64,000 nucleotides of DNA from the NCBI GenBank assembly GCA_050942625.1, contig JBMNNS010000001.1, forward strand, positions 8,891 through 72,890, given 5' to 3'. Both the position numbers and the translations under genes were made by a program. Within the stretch, counting starts at the first letter, position 1. Each line of letters starts with the position of its first letter. Below are positions 26,794 through 37,966 of the stretch, piece by piece. The notes under the pieces were generated by a model. That model saw nothing but the letters and a program-made list of their open reading frames with translations, made no database searches and was not told where the DNA came from. The stretch is from Dethiobacteria bacterium. GTDB taxonomy: Bacteria > Bacillota > Dethiobacteria > DTU022 > UBA8154.

Positions 26794-27525
26794 TCATTCC
26801 ATTTTTTTGATTTCTTTTTTTAATCTTTTAATAATGCGTTTTTCTAAACGGGATATGTAGGATTGGGAGATGCCTAAAACCTCTGCTACTTCCTTTTGTG
26901 TTTTTTCCTGACCATTATTTAGACCAAACCTGAGCTGCAGGATCCTTTTTTCCCTGAGCGTGAGCTTTTCTATCGCCGAGTATAACAAGCTTCGATCGAC
27001 TTCTTCTTCCAAATTACGTATTACCAGATCGTTTTCTGTGCCTAAAACATCAGAGAGCAAAAGTTCATTGCCGTCCCAATCCACATTCAAAGGCTCATCA
27101 AAAGAGATCTCCGCCCTGATTTTGTTATTCCTTCTTAAATACATGAGTATTTCGTTTTCTATACATTTGGAAGCATAGGTAGCTAATTTAATATTTTTAT
27201 GGGGGTCAAAGGTGTTGACAGCCTTAATTAAGCCTATTGTGCCTATGGAAACAAGATCATCGACAGCTATACTGGTGTTTTCAAACTTCCTGGCGATATA
27301 AACTACCAGTCTCAAATTGCGTTCTATGAGAGGGCCCCTGACAGTATCCTCCCCAATTTTGAGCCTTTCCAAAAGATCTTGTTCTTCCTGGGAGGAAAGC
27401 GGCGGGGGCAAAGCCTTATGGTTACTAATATAATAAATGACTTTACCATAACTAAGCTTAAGTCTACGGGCAAAAAATAAGATAGTTAGTTTGACTCTCC
27501 AGTACACCAACATTATTTTTCTCAT
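26794..27525 (-). CDS. sigE: RNA polymerase sporulation sigma factor SigE (pro-sigma-E)
   Basis: The N-terminal pro-sequence '[44 protein letters not shown]', '[18 protein letters not shown]' and '[23 protein letters not shown]' match pro-sigma-E. It overlaps spoIIGA by 4 nt. Confidence 0.93.
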   Translation of the reverse strand: MRKIMLVYWRVKLTILFFARRLKLSYGKVIYYISNHKALPPPLSSQEEQDLLERLKIGEDTVRGPLIERNLRLVVYIARKFENTSIAVDDLVSIGTIGLIKAVNTFDPHKNIKLATYASKCIENEILMYLRRNNKIRAEISFDEPLNVDWDGNELLLSDVLGTENDLVIRNLEEEVDRSLLYSAIEKLTLREKRILQLRFGLNNGQEKTQKEVAEVLGISQSYISRLEKRIIKRLKKEIKKME

Positions 27526-28445
27526 AAATATGAACCTTCCTTATCCTTGGCCATCCGCCATAATTCTAACGGCAAAAGGGCCTCATATTCTGCCCCGGGA
27601 ACAAAATTTCCCGGTTGGACGCCAATCACCACTTCATTTATAAATTCAAATCTGCGTCCATTTTGTATGAGTGTTACACTCTCCGGTCGAAAGGAGAGTA
27701 AAAAATCCTCACCGGAAAGGGTTTGATAAGGAACAAGCGAAAACCTGGAGGGGTTTTTGAGCCTGGTAAGGGCATTCCCCATTTCATTCCAATTAATCCC
27801 TCCCTGGTTTGATATTAGTTTGTAAATTTCAAATGGTAGTATTTCCTTAACTGCTTCGTTTGGTACTACAATAACCGGTAAACCGGAAAATGGCTCTCTG
27901 AGCATATTTCCAGTGTCCAAAAAAGCAGATAAATTTTTAATTTTACCTGCAAAACAAACCCTAATCTGCAGCTTTGTAGCAGGCAGTTTAAAATTAAGTT
28001 TTTCTACGAGTACCGGGCCTATCCAGCGCACTGCAATGTATAGTAAAGCTGCAGCACATAAAACATAAAAAACGGAAGGGGCCGTAAGGTAATAAATACC
28101 CTGGTAGTAACTTGCATCATAATTACTCCAATAAGTAAAGGCGAAGACGACCCCCCCCATCGCAAAGGAACAAAGATAGAAAACAATAAAAAACAGTAGT
28201 CCCTGTGTCCACTGTCGGGGTTGGAATGTTAACAATATCATAGCCATTGGTAATAATATTTTCCCTGACCAGGTATAAAATGTTAAATTACCGGGAAGAA
28301 ACAATGTTAAAATAAAAGCTGATCCCAGCAAAGAACCCAAAAACACTCTCATTAGGGAAGTTTCTCTACGAGTAATTAAACCTGTCAACCGCAATAAAAA
28401 ATAGTTAACAGCAATATTTAAAGCCAGAACCAGATCAAGATACAC
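27522..28445 (-). CDS. spoIIGA: Sigma-E processing aspartic peptidase SpoIIGA
   Basis: It is 307 aa and polytopic. '[18 protein letters not shown]' and the '[11 protein letters not shown]' active-site motif (DTGN) are present. Confidence 0.9.
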   Translation of the reverse strand: MYLDLVLALNIAVNYFLLRLTGLITRRETSLMRVFLGSLLGSAFILTLFLPGNLTFYTWSGKILLPMAMILLTFQPRQWTQGLLFFIVFYLCSFAMGGVVFAFTYWSNYDASYYQGIYYLTAPSVFYVLCAAALLYIAVRWIGPVLVEKLNFKLPATKLQIRVCFAGKIKNLSAFLDTGNMLREPFSGLPVIVVPNEAVKEILPFEIYKLISNQGGINWNEMGNALTRLKNPSRFSLVPYQTLSGEDFLLSFRPESVTLIQNGRRFEFINEVVIGVQPGNFVPGAEYEALLPLELWRMAKDKEGSYL

Positions 28446-28534
28446 AACCTAACACCTGCCCCCAGGGGACAAAAGGTGGGTTATTAATGTCTATGCTCTG
28501 CCCCAAAAGTTAATGAACCCGCTACTAACATTAT

Positions 28535-28571
28535 AGCAGCCTTCCTTACAATAATTTGTTATAATTTGGCA
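28535..28571 (-). promoter_or_regulatory. Candidate spoIIG-operon promoter region
   Basis: The minus strand carries a TATAAT hexamer (28535-28540) and upstream AT-rich sequence. I could not identify Spo0A boxes with confidence. Confidence 0.25.
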
Positions 28572-28604
28572 TACAAATAAAAAAGGTATGGTTTAACCAT
28601 ACCT
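28572..28604 (-). terminator. Rho-independent terminator after ftsZ
   Basis: The sequence is ggtatggtt-taa-accatacc. On the minus strand it is followed by UUUUUUAUUU. Confidence 0.6.
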
Positions 28605-28717
28605 GGGTTTTGTCAATCTCATTGCAGTTGTTTTTTCATAACAAAAAGTGAGAAACTATGGAACCATATAGCTATCAAGGGGTTTTTTGGATTTCAGGGT
28701 CTTAAACCTCTTCATTT

Positions 28718-29773
28718 TTAATCCCTGCCCCTCCTGTTCCTCAAAAATGCAGGGATATCAATATCCGTATCACCAAACCTGGAACGTGAAAAAGCATCAT
28801 CTTTTTTGGGGGTGCTTATTATTTTATCGAATCCTGTAGCTATAACTGTTACGTGTGTTTCTCCTTTAAAGGACTCGTCAATAACAGCGCCAAAGATAAT
28901 ATTGGCATCCTGATCGGCAGCCTGTGAAACAGTCTCAGCGGCCTCATGAATATCAAAAAGGCTTAGTTCGCTTCCCCCTGTTATATTAATGAGCACACCC
29001 CGGGCCCCGTCAATTGAGGTTTCAAGCAAGGGGCTATAAATAGCAGCTTTAGCAGCCTCTACGGCGCTATTATCACCTTTAGCTATACCAACCCCCATCA
29101 AGGCGGTCCCCCGTTCTTCCATAATGGATTTTACGTCTGCAAAGTCCAAGTTAATTAATCCCGGTATGGCAATAAGGTCTGAAATACCCTGTACCCCCTG
29201 TCTTAATACATCATCCGCAATACGGAAAGCTTCTACAAGGGGTGTCCTCTTATCCACAACCTGAAGGAGTTTATCGTTAGGTATAACAATCAATGTATCT
29301 ACTTTTTCCTTGAGGGCATTAATGCCTTTTTCTGCCTGGGACATACGCCGCCGACCTTCAAAACTAAAAGGACGTGTTACCACACCTACCGTTAAAGCCC
29401 CAAGGTTTTTAGCAATGTCGGCAATAACAGAAGCTCCACCGGTACCTGTGCCACCACCCATGCCGGCGGTGATAAAAACCATATCTGAGCCTTTGATGGC
29501 TGCTTCGATTTCTTCCCTGCTTTCTTCTGCCGCCTGATTACCAATTTCCGGGTTGCCACCCGATCCCAGGCCTTTTGTTAATTTTGTGCCAATCTGTAAT
29601 TTTGTACTGGAATTGGAAAGTTCCAGAGCCTGGGCATCGGTATTTACAGAAATAAAATCAACACCCTTTAATCCCGCAGCTATCATGCGGTTAACCGCAT
29701 TACTGCCACCCCCGCCAACCCCAATCACTTTAATCTGAGCATAAAGCTCCATTTCAATTTCGAAATCAATCAT
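28718..29773 (-). CDS. ftsZ: Cell division GTPase FtsZ
   Basis: '[17 protein letters not shown]' and 'GGGTGTG' are the tubulin signature. It is 351 aa. Confidence 0.96.
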   Translation of the reverse strand: MIDFEIEMELYAQIKVIGVGGGGSNAVNRMIAAGLKGVDFISVNTDAQALELSNSSTKLQIGTKLTKGLGSGGNPEIGNQAAEESREEIEAAIKGSDMVFITAGMGGGTGTGGASVIADIAKNLGALTVGVVTRPFSFEGRRRMSQAEKGINALKEKVDTLIVIPNDKLLQVVDKRTPLVEAFRIADDVLRQGVQGISDLIAIPGLINLDFADVKSIMEERGTALMGVGIAKGDNSAVEAAKAAIYSPLLETSIDGARGVLINITGGSELSLFDIHEAAETVSQAADQDANIIFGAVIDESFKGETHVTVIATGFDKIISTPKKDDAFSRSRFGDTDIDIPAFLRNRRGRD

Positions 29774-29825
29774 CTCCAGAACCTCCCAAATCTAAATAAC
29801 AGAAAATTAAAATAAAAAAACAAAG

Positions 29826-31055
29826 TTAATGTTCAAAAATTTGATTAAAAAATGTAGTTATTTGATTCCATAGTTTAGAAAAAAGACTTTTTTCGGTTTC
29901 CTGGTATTTGCTTAGCCCCATGGCATGGTTTCTTACAACATAATGAATAATACCTACAGCAGTAGAAAAAATTGGACTTTTTACACCCAGATATTCGGGT
30001 TGAGCAACACGAATGGGACATTCAAATAATTCCTCAGCAAATTCTGTGATACCATTCATTAAAGAAACGCCGCCAGTAAGGACCATTCCTGCGGGAGGCA
30101 TTTTTGTTAAACCCATGCGGGCTATTTCCTGACTACAAAGTTGCATTATTTCTTCTATGCGGGGTTCTATATATTTAAAAAGATCCATGGAGGATATCTT
30201 ACGTTTTTCTTTGCCACTTATTCCTTGGATTTCAATATCTTTTTCATCAGTAACCATTTCACTTCTTGCAAAGCCATGTTCTATTTTTAATTTTTCTGCC
30301 AGCTCAAAGGTTGTCCTCAGGCCTACAGCCAGATCGTTGGTAATATGATCCCCGCCAATGGGTAAAACAGCGATATCCTTTAAATTACCATGTTTAAAAT
30401 AGGACACTTCTGTAGTTCCTCCCCCCAGGTCGATCAGGAAAACACCGAGTTCCTTTTCATCCCGCGAGAGACATATTTCCCCATTAGCAAGTGCATTTAG
30501 GATCAAGACATTCACTTCAAGGCCAGAGATGTTAAGGCAACGCAAGAGGTTCCGCAGGGAGGTCATGGCACCTATAATAACCATTGCTTCAACTTCCAGT
30601 CTTACCCCCAACATGCCAACAGGATCGCGGATACCGTCATAACCGTCTACAATAAATTCCCGGGGGATTACATCTATAATTTGCCTATCCTGGGGAAGGG
30701 CTATCACCCGGGCTGCCTGTAAAACCCTTTCGACATCCTGATCCGTTATTTCCTTGTCCTCCCTTGCCACGGCAACCACACCCCTGTTATTGACCAGACC
30801 CACATGGGAACCTACTATCCCCACATTAATAAGATCTATTTTAGAGCCAATCATTCTTTCGGCTTCTGCCGTAGCCTTGGAAATAGAATCTATTGTACGT
30901 TCTAAATCTATGATAACTCCCTTTTTTATACCCTCAGATGGGCTTGTACCTACTCCTATGATATTAATTGCTCCATCAGAAACAACTTCCCCAACTATGA
31001 CCCTTACATTTGATGTTCCAACATCCATCCCAACAACAATGTCCCGTCTGGCCAA
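29826..31055 (-). CDS. ftsA: Cell division protein FtsA
   Basis: It is 409 aa with an actin-like ATPase fold ('VGLDVGTS', 'DLGGGTT'). It lies upstream of ftsZ. Confidence 0.93.
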   Translation of the reverse strand: MARRDIVVGMDVGTSNVRVIVGEVVSDGAINIIGVGTSPSEGIKKGVIIDLERTIDSISKATAEAERMIGSKIDLINVGIVGSHVGLVNNRGVVAVAREDKEITDQDVERVLQAARVIALPQDRQIIDVIPREFIVDGYDGIRDPVGMLGVRLEVEAMVIIGAMTSLRNLLRCLNISGLEVNVLILNALANGEICLSRDEKELGVFLIDLGGGTTEVSYFKHGNLKDIAVLPIGGDHITNDLAVGLRTTFELAEKLKIEHGFARSEMVTDEKDIEIQGISGKEKRKISSMDLFKYIEPRIEEIMQLCSQEIARMGLTKMPPAGMVLTGGVSLMNGITEFAEELFECPIRVAQPEYLGVKSPIFSTAVGIIHYVVRNHAMGLSKYQETEKSLFSKLWNQITTFFNQIFEH

Positions 31056-31156
31056 TGTATTACACCCCCTGCACTAGGAACATAACTTGCAGACTCTATC
31101 TTGTTACATATTCCACACACTTAATATATTTCCTTTTAAGGTATTTATTTATTTTT

Positions 31157-31951
31157 TTAAAAGGGTTTAAAAACTGGGGCATCAGCAGTCCTCAGATCCA
31201 GATAACCCTCCTTATGCTCATTTTGCAATAACCGATTATTAATATACTGTAAAATTTCTAGTTTGTCCAATAAATTATTATCGTTTCCCAACCAGACCTC
31301 CATGCCCTCCTTAGTGTATAACATAATTTGTTGCGGTTCCTCAAGATTAATTTCAGCTATAGGTAAAGTTGGTATCGCTTGAAATGCTTTTAAAAAAACC
31401 TCTAAAATTTCCCCACGGGGCAGATCGCTTATTGTAGTCCCCACCTCTATGCTGTTCCTTGAAAAACCATTGACAAGTGGTAGCTCACCCCTGTATGTTT
31501 TTTTTAAACCAATTATCATGCCATCGGCAGCAAGTTCTAGAAAGTGATCATGGTGAGAGATCATTACAACCGGTTGTTTTTCTTCAACCGTAATTATTAG
31601 TTTATCAGGCAGTTCCCTTTTAACATCTACCCCTGCAATTCTTGGGATTAAGAGGATACGGTTCCGTAGAACCGGGGGGCTTATTTTCCAAATATTCATT
31701 CCTTCTTTAATACCTGTTGCCGCCCGAATATCCTCTACTGGTACCTTGTCCACGCCTTTGATAGAGATTTCCTCAACAGCAAAAAAGGAGGAACGTAAAA
31801 ATAATAACAAAGAAAATGTTACAAAACAAAACAGTAAAATAAAGGATAATTTACTTTTAACTTTTTTATTTTCTTTACGTTGGATAACGAGTTCTTGTTT
31901 TCCAAAAGAAAACAAGTCAGCATTTTTCTCCATTTTTAAAACGCACCCCAT
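31157..31951 (-). CDS. ftsQ: Cell division protein FtsQ/DivIB (POTRA domain)
   Basis: It has a single transmembrane segment (FILLFCFVTFSLLLFL) followed by a POTRA-like region. Its position between murA and ftsA matches. The start may be the internal ATG at 31933. Confidence 0.8.
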   Translation of the reverse strand: MGCVLKMEKNADLFSFGKQELVIQRKENKKVKSKLSFILLFCFVTFSLLLFLRSSFFAVEEISIKGVDKVPVEDIRAATGIKEGMNIWKISPPVLRNRILLIPRIAGVDVKRELPDKLIITVEEKQPVVMISHHDHFLELAADGMIIGLKKTYRGELPLVNGFSRNSIEVGTTISDLPRGEILEVFLKAFQAIPTLPIAEINLEEPQQIMLYTKEGMEVWLGNDNNLLDKLEILQYINNRLLQNEHKEGYLDLRTADAPVFKPF

Positions 31952-33229
31952 TTAATACATAGCTTCCACATTATTTTCTACCCTTATGATTTTTGCACCC
32001 AATTTCTGTAGTTGCTTCTCAAAACCTTCATAGCCACGGTCTATAAAATTAATATTTTTTACCACGGTTGTTCCCCTGGCTCCCAGGGCCGCTATAACTA
32101 GGCCTGCCCCTGCTCGCAAGTCAGTAGCGACAACTTCTGCGCTGCTAAGTGCCTTTACCCCTTGAATAAATGCCTTTCTACCTTTTACGGAAATCTTAGC
32201 TTTCATCCGGTTCAGTTGTTCTACATGTTTAAAACGGGCCTCGAAAACACTCTCTATAATCGTACTATTGCCCTTAGCTGTAGCCAACATTGCCATCATA
32301 GGGGCTTGCAGATCGGTTGGAAACCCCGGATAAGGCAAGGTGCATAAGGTTTCAACACCCCGAAGATTGCTTTCAACCACTTTTAGGGTAACTTCAGTAG
32401 CCTTTATTTTAACGCCTGCCTCTCTCATTTTAGCAACTACGGCATCAAGATGAACAGGGATAATGTTTTTTAGTAAAAGCTGGCCGCCTGTTATCGCAGC
32501 TGCCATTAAATAAGTGCCCGCTACAATCCTGTCCGGTATGATGCGATAGGTACAATTTACAAGAGAATTAACACCTTCAATGCGAAGCGTTTCGGTACCA
32601 GCACCACGGACGTATGCACCCATGGTATTCAAAAAATTTTGTAAGTCCACTATTTCAGGTTCTTTGGCTGCGTTGTGAATTAGCGTTTTACCTTTCGCAA
32701 ACACTGCTGCCATCATCAAATTTTCTGTGGCCCCCACACTTGGATAATCAAGGTGCAGTGTAGTCCCTTTTAAACCGGATGTAGATGCAAAGAAGTAGCC
32801 ATTTTTTTCCGTAATTTGCGCCCCAAGGGCCTCTAAACCCTTAATATGTAGATCTATAGGTCGGGGGCCAATTGAGCATCCTCCTGGATAAGTAACCCTC
32901 ACCTTCCCCAGACGGCCCAGCAAGGGGCCCATTAGAAAAATTGAAGAGCGCATCTCCCTCATCAAGATGTCGGGAATTATATGGCTTTTAAGTGTACGGG
33001 CATTAATTTTTAAGACATTGTTAGCATACTTTACCTCAACGCCCAGGGAACGTAAAATACTTTTCATAACATGCATATCATATATATCCGGAATATTGTG
33101 TAGTTCAATACCTTTAGCATGGCTATTTAAAACGGTAGCGGCCATTATTGGAAGCATTGAATTTTTTGCCCCTTTAATATCCACAGTGCCAATAAGTGGA
33201 TAACCACCCTCAATAATAAATTTATCCAT
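31952..33229 (-). CDS. murA: UDP-N-acetylglucosamine 1-carboxyvinyltransferase
   Basis: 'MDKFIIEGGYPLIGTVDIKGAKNSMLPIMAATVL' is the canonical MurA N-terminus. The upstream extension in the ORF track is probably spurious. Confidence 0.93.
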   Translation of the reverse strand: MDKFIIEGGYPLIGTVDIKGAKNSMLPIMAATVLNSHAKGIELHNIPDIYDMHVMKSILRSLGVEVKYANNVLKINARTLKSHIIPDILMREMRSSIFLMGPLLGRLGKVRVTYPGGCSIGPRPIDLHIKGLEALGAQITEKNGYFFASTSGLKGTTLHLDYPSVGATENLMMAAVFAKGKTLIHNAAKEPEIVDLQNFLNTMGAYVRGAGTETLRIEGVNSLVNCTYRIIPDRIVAGTYLMAAAITGGQLLLKNIIPVHLDAVVAKMREAGVKIKATEVTLKVVESNLRGVETLCTLPYPGFPTDLQAPMMAMLATAKGNSTIIESVFEARFKHVEQLNRMKAKISVKGRKAFIQGVKALSSAEVVATDLRAGAGLVIAALGARGTTVVKNINFIDRGYEGFEKQLQKLGAKIIRVENNVEAMY

Positions 33230-33230
33230 C

Positions 33231-34151
33231 TTAGTTTTCCCCTTGTTCATGGCCATTTTCTCCAATAATTTCGATTTCAAGCTCTAAGTTGATGTTAAAG
33301 CTCTCTTTTACCTTTTCCCTAATAATTCCTATCAAAGCTAACACATCTCTGGCAGTGGCATTATCTTTATTAACAATAAAATTAGCATGTTTAGTTGATA
33401 TTTGTGCACCGCCAACAGTCATTCCTTTTAGTCCTGTTTGTTCGATAAGGTAGCCGGCCGCATATCCAGGTGGGTTACGGAAAATGCTGCCCGCACTGGG
33501 CAAACTTGGTTGTTTTAACCGTCTTTCCTTTTGCATTCTCTTTGCACTGAGCAAGAGCTCCTCCCTTTCCCCTTCCGAAAGGGTCAACACTGCCTGGAGG
33601 ATAATTATTTTTTCTTCCTGCAGGCTGCTATAGCGATAGGAAAAAACAATCCTATCTTTTGAATATTCCCGGAGGTTTCCCTTATAGTCTAGACAGACAA
33701 CTTTTTGGAGAAGGGCACCTATGGAATAACCAAAGGCACCGGCATTCATATAAATTGCCCCACCAACGCTCCCAGGGATTCCGATAGCAAATTCCAGCCC
33801 TTGTAGCCCCCTGTTTATTGCTGCTCTGGCAAGCAAGGGTAACGGTACTCCTGCACCGCTTTTGACATTTATACCTGTAAATTGGAAACCTGAACAGAGG
33901 TTGGATATATTAATTAAAATCCCTCTGACGCCTCCATCCCTTACTAGCAAGTTGGTGCCTTTTCCTATAACCCCAAAAGGAATTTCATACCTGGATACCA
34001 GTTTGAGAATTTCCTGTAGTTCCCTCAGGTTAGAAGGAAAAACTAAAAATTCAGCAGGGCCCCCAATACGCAAAGATGTATGCAAGGATAAAGGTTCTTC
34101 CTCTAAAGGGGGTTTACTTAAAATAGATTTTAGTGTGTTCCTCCAACCCAA
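33231..34151 (-). CDS. murB: UDP-N-acetylenolpyruvoylglucosamine reductase
   Basis: It is 306 aa with the FAD-binding PCMH domain 'SLRIGGPAEFLVFPS...GKGTNLLVRD'. Confidence 0.92.
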   Translation of the reverse strand: MGWRNTLKSILSKPPLEEEPLSLHTSLRIGGPAEFLVFPSNLRELQEILKLVSRYEIPFGVIGKGTNLLVRDGGVRGILINISNLCSGFQFTGINVKSGAGVPLPLLARAAINRGLQGLEFAIGIPGSVGGAIYMNAGAFGYSIGALLQKVVCLDYKGNLREYSKDRIVFSYRYSSLQEEKIIILQAVLTLSEGEREELLLSAKRMQKERRLKQPSLPSAGSIFRNPPGYAAGYLIEQTGLKGMTVGGAQISTKHANFIVNKDNATARDVLALIGIIREKVKESFNINLELEIEIIGENGHEQGEN

Positions 34152-34330
34152 AGATACTCACCCCACTGTTAGGAATATTGTTAAAACATTTTCCAAAATC
34201 AAACAGTGAATAACTGTTAATCCATATTATGCAAAGAACAAAGAACGGGTGCAAAGAAGATACTTGTCCATGGGGGGATTCAGGAACAATAGTTGAACAC
34301 GGGGATTTTTAGTAATAAAACACAGAAGCG

Positions 34331-35446
34331 TTAATTTGTATGCATAAATGTTTTAATGAGCCCATACATATGTTCCGCAGCCCGGCGGTACCCAATCCTT
34401 TTGCTATTTTCTTGCATCTGTTCCCTTTTATAGGGGTTATTTAACAAGGTAAAAAGTTCTTGCTGCAAAATTTGGCCACTTAGTTTTTTTTCTTCAATGA
34501 CAATAGCAGCACCCTGGTGTAATAATTCTTTTGCATTGATAAGCTGATGGTTATGAACTACATTCGGTGAAGGTATGACAACGGCGGGAAGGCCTATTGC
34601 TGTTATCTCGGCAATAGTAGTAGCTCCTGCCCTCGTGACAATGATATCAGCGGCAGCCATTGCCAGGGGCATATCCTTTTGATAAGGATGGACCTGCAGG
34701 CGTTCGCCGTATTTTTTTAAAAGATGTTCATTTTGCAAAGTGGTTCTTATGTTTTCATAATACCTTTCACCTGTAATGTAAAGGACTTGGAAATGTTTTA
34801 TTCCAGCTGACCTTCGTAAAAAGTCAACCATGCCGGCATTAATGGCCGCAGCGCCCCTGCTACCACTTACAACTAGGATCATCAGCAGGTTCGGGTCAAA
34901 ATTTAATAACCGTCGTGCTTCGGCCTTCTTAATTAGTCCCAACTCCGATGCCCTGGGATTACCGGTCACATAAAGGTTGGAACGTCTAAAAAAATACTGG
35001 CGGGAAGCTTCAAAAGAAAGGCAAACACCATGAACAAAAGGGGCTAAAAAGCGGTTGGTTATTCCAGGAACAACATTTTGCTCATGCAAAAAAACCTTTT
35101 TGCGCTTTATTATGGCTGCAAGCAATACGGGAGCAGCCGCATACCCCCCGGTACCAATAATAATATCGGGCTGAAATTTCCGAATAATCTTCAGGGCCTG
35201 GTTGCCTGCTTTTCCCAACAAATAGAAGCTTCTAAGAATTGAAGGGGATAGTTTTCTGGGAATTCCTTGCACAGGTAAAGTTTCCAGGGGGAAACCCGTT
35301 CCCGGGATGATCTCTTCTTCCATCCCCCCCCTGGCACCTACAAAAAGAATATCCGTTCCAGCATCAACGCGTTTCAGGTAACGTGCCAGCGCCAGGGCCG
35401 GATAAATATGGCCGCCTGTTCCACCACCTGTAAAAATAATGCGCAT
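34331..35446 (-). CDS. murG: Undecaprenyldiphospho-muramoylpentapeptide beta-N-acetylglucosaminyltransferase
   Basis: 'MRIIFTGGGTGGHIYPALALA' is the MurG N-terminus. It is 371 aa. Confidence 0.95.
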   Translation of the reverse strand: MRIIFTGGGTGGHIYPALALARYLKRVDAGTDILFVGARGGMEEEIIPGTGFPLETLPVQGIPRKLSPSILRSFYLLGKAGNQALKIIRKFQPDIIIGTGGYAAAPVLLAAIIKRKKVFLHEQNVVPGITNRFLAPFVHGVCLSFEASRQYFFRRSNLYVTGNPRASELGLIKKAEARRLLNFDPNLLMILVVSGSRGAAAINAGMVDFLRRSAGIKHFQVLYITGERYYENIRTTLQNEHLLKKYGERLQVHPYQKDMPLAMAAADIIVTRAGATTIAEITAIGLPAVVIPSPNVVHNHQLINAKELLHQGAAIVIEEKKLSGQILQQELFTLLNNPYKREQMQENSKRIGYRRAAEHMYGLIKTFMHTN

Positions 35447-35465
35447 GCTGGTTCCCCCTTCTATT

Positions 35466-36581
35466 TTATCGATTATACTTAGAAATATTCATTACTATTC
35501 CCATGGCACACATGGAAAAAAAAAGTGAACTTCCTCCGGCACTAATAAATGGCAAGTTAATGCCTGTCACGGGAATAGAGCCAGTTACCACACCAATATT
35601 AATAAGTGCTTGCACTGCTATCATGGTTGTTAAACCTGCCGCCAGAAGGCTACCAAAAGTATCAGGCGCCAGGAGCGAAGTTTTAAACCCCCTCCAGATA
35701 AGAATGAAGAAAAGCAGGATGATCGTGACAGCGCCCAAAAACCCCAGTTCCTCCCCTATAATAGCAAAAATAAAGTCATTCTGGGGTTCTGGTAAATAGT
35801 ACAATTTTTGGCGGCTTCGTCCCAACCCTACACCAAAAAGGCCTCCAGGCCCCAATGCATAAAGTGATTGGATAATGTGATAACCAGTTTTTAAAGGATC
35901 AGCCCAGGGATCCAGGAAGGAAAAAAGACGCTTTATGCGATAAGACTTATTCAGCATTAAGTAAAACCCAGCTGGTACACTTAGTAACAATAACCCAAGT
36001 ATCTGTTTTATGGGCATACCTGCAGCAAAAATTATAATACCCGTGATCAACGCCAGGGCTGCCGCGGTGCCAAAGTCGGGCTGGATCATAATTAAAAAAA
36101 AGCAGATGCCCATCATAGCAAGGGGAATAAAACTGCTATTCCAGAAATCATTTAAATTAAGATTTTTTTTGCTTAAAAAGGAAGCTGTAAAAATAATAAT
36201 AACCAATTTTGTAAACTCTGCTGGTTGTATTGTAAAACCTCCCAGGCCAATCCAGCGGCGGGCCTCATTAATTTCGATCCCAACCCCGGGAATAAAAACT
36301 GCTATAAGAAGGATAAAGTTAAGAAAGATTAGCATAGGGAGAAACTTACGCCATTTCCAATAACTTATATTAGAGGTAGCGATCATACCGATAAACCCCA
36401 GTAGTGCCCAAAAGGATTGGCGTTTTAGGAAATAAAATGCATCCTGCCTGGATTCCAGTGCTATTATATAGCTGGCGCTAAAGACCATGATTAATCCAAA
36501 ACAGACCAATATAATTACAGTAAAGAAGATGGTAAAATCTATCGCTTTCCTTGAATCACGCTCTGTGGGGGCTCTTTTCAC
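35466..36581 (-). CDS. spoVE: SEDS-family peptidoglycan glycosyltransferase FtsW/SpoVE
   Basis: It is 371 aa with 10 transmembrane segments. 'GSIPVTGINLPFISAGGSSL' is the SEDS C-terminal motif. Its position between murD and murG matches spoVE/ftsW. Confidence 0.9.
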   Translation of the reverse strand: MKRAPTERDSRKAIDFTIFFTVIILVCFGLIMVFSASYIIALESRQDAFYFLKRQSFWALLGFIGMIATSNISYWKWRKFLPMLIFLNFILLIAVFIPGVGIEINEARRWIGLGGFTIQPAEFTKLVIIIFTASFLSKKNLNLNDFWNSSFIPLAMMGICFFLIMIQPDFGTAAALALITGIIIFAAGMPIKQILGLLLLSVPAGFYLMLNKSYRIKRLFSFLDPWADPLKTGYHIIQSLYALGPGGLFGVGLGRSRQKLYYLPEPQNDFIFAIIGEELGFLGAVTIILLFFILIWRGFKTSLLAPDTFGSLLAAGLTTMIAVQALINIGVVTGSIPVTGINLPFISAGGSSLFFSMCAMGIVMNISKYNR

Positions 36582-37962
36582 CGTCCAGGCCCTCCCTTAA
36601 AGCAGTTACTGCCTCTTTAAATTTATTTCCCCGTTCCTCAAAATTCTCAAACATATCCCAACTGGCACAGGCCGGAGATAACAAAACAGTATCCCCCGGA
36701 AGGGCAGCAGCAAATGCCTTTAAAACAGCATCCCCTAGCTCTGAAACAGTAATAACTTCCTCATACCCTTCCTTTCGGGCCATAGCGGCAAGCATTGCTG
36801 CAGTCTCCCCTAACAGGACCAGTTTTTTAACCTTGGTGCCCTTCATTTCCTTAAACAGGGGTTTAAAGTCGCTGTTTTTGTTAAAGCCCCCTGCTATCAA
36901 TATTTTGGGCTGCTCAATAGCTTGAAGGGCTTTGATAGTAGCATCCGGGTTGGTTCCCTTGGAATCATTAACAAAGTTTATCCCCCTGATATTTGCTACC
37001 TGTTCAAGACGGTGTGGAACCCCTGGGAAATTTTTTAAAACCTGAGCTATTTTGCTCACCTCCAACCCTCCCAACCAGGAGACCGCTACAGCAGCCAGTG
37101 CATTCTCCAGGTTATGCCTTCCAGGTATTTTCACTTCTTCTTCCCGGCAAACCCTGTATGACTTAGCACCGAAGTTTATCACTATATTGCCCTCTTGCAA
37201 ACATATGCCAGGATTTAGTTTTTCAACACTGCTGAAGAGTAATAAATTTCCTTTCACAAATGGTAGTAATTCAAAAACAGACCTATTGTCTTTGTTTAGT
37301 ACTGCCCAATCGCTATATTTTTGGTTTTGTAAAATCTTTCTTTTGGCAGCAATATAATTGCTTTCGTTTCCATGATAATCTAAATGATCAGGAGTTATAT
37401 TTAAAACGGCTGCAACATGCAAGTGGAACCTTTTCGTGTTTTCAAGCTGAAAGCTGCTCAATTCCGCAACAATTAGATCCCTTTCCGTTGCCTGAAGCAC
37501 CGCCCCTGAAAGGGGAAACCCAATATTTCCTGCTACATAAACATTGGGATATTGCAGTTTCATCATTTCCCCAATTAGCGATGTCGTTGTCGTTTTCCCA
37601 TTGGTCCCTGTTATACCAAATATAGGTGCTTTACTAAAAAAATATGCAAGTTCAATCTCAGAATAGATGGGAATACCCAGCGAAACCGCCCTTTTTAGCA
37701 AAGGCAGTTGTGGATTTATTCCAGGACTTTTAATTATAAAACTGATTCCCTTTAACATTGTTTCAGGATGGCCGCCTGCTACTATTTCAACCCGGGGAAG
37801 CCCCAAAAAATCCTTCATTTCTTTTTCCACGGAACTAAGTTCCTTGCAGTCGTTGGCTATTACTTTAGTTGCTCCAGCTTTGAGTAAAAGTTTAATAGCA
37901 GCGTGCCCACTTTTTCCTAGCCCCAGGACCAATATTTTTTTCCCTTCCAAACTTTTCACCAT
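36556..37962 (-). CDS. murD: UDP-N-acetylmuramoylalanine--D-glutamate ligase
   Basis: 'KILVLGLGKSGHAAIKLL' and 'GITGTNGKTTTTSL' are Mur ligase motifs. It is 468 aa. Confidence 0.93.
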   Translation of the reverse strand: MVKSLEGKKILVLGLGKSGHAAIKLLLKAGATKVIANDCKELSSVEKEMKDFLGLPRVEIVAGGHPETMLKGISFIIKSPGINPQLPLLKRAVSLGIPIYSEIELAYFFSKAPIFGITGTNGKTTTTSLIGEMMKLQYPNVYVAGNIGFPLSGAVLQATERDLIVAELSSFQLENTKRFHLHVAAVLNITPDHLDYHGNESNYIAAKRKILQNQKYSDWAVLNKDNRSVFELLPFVKGNLLLFSSVEKLNPGICLQEGNIVINFGAKSYRVCREEEVKIPGRHNLENALAAVAVSWLGGLEVSKIAQVLKNFPGVPHRLEQVANIRGINFVNDSKGTNPDATIKALQAIEQPKILIAGGFNKNSDFKPLFKEMKGTKVKKLVLLGETAAMLAAMARKEGYEEVITVSELGDAVLKAFAAALPGDTVLLSPACASWDMFENFEERGNKFKEAVTALREGLDGEKSPHRA

Positions 37963-37966
37963 ATAT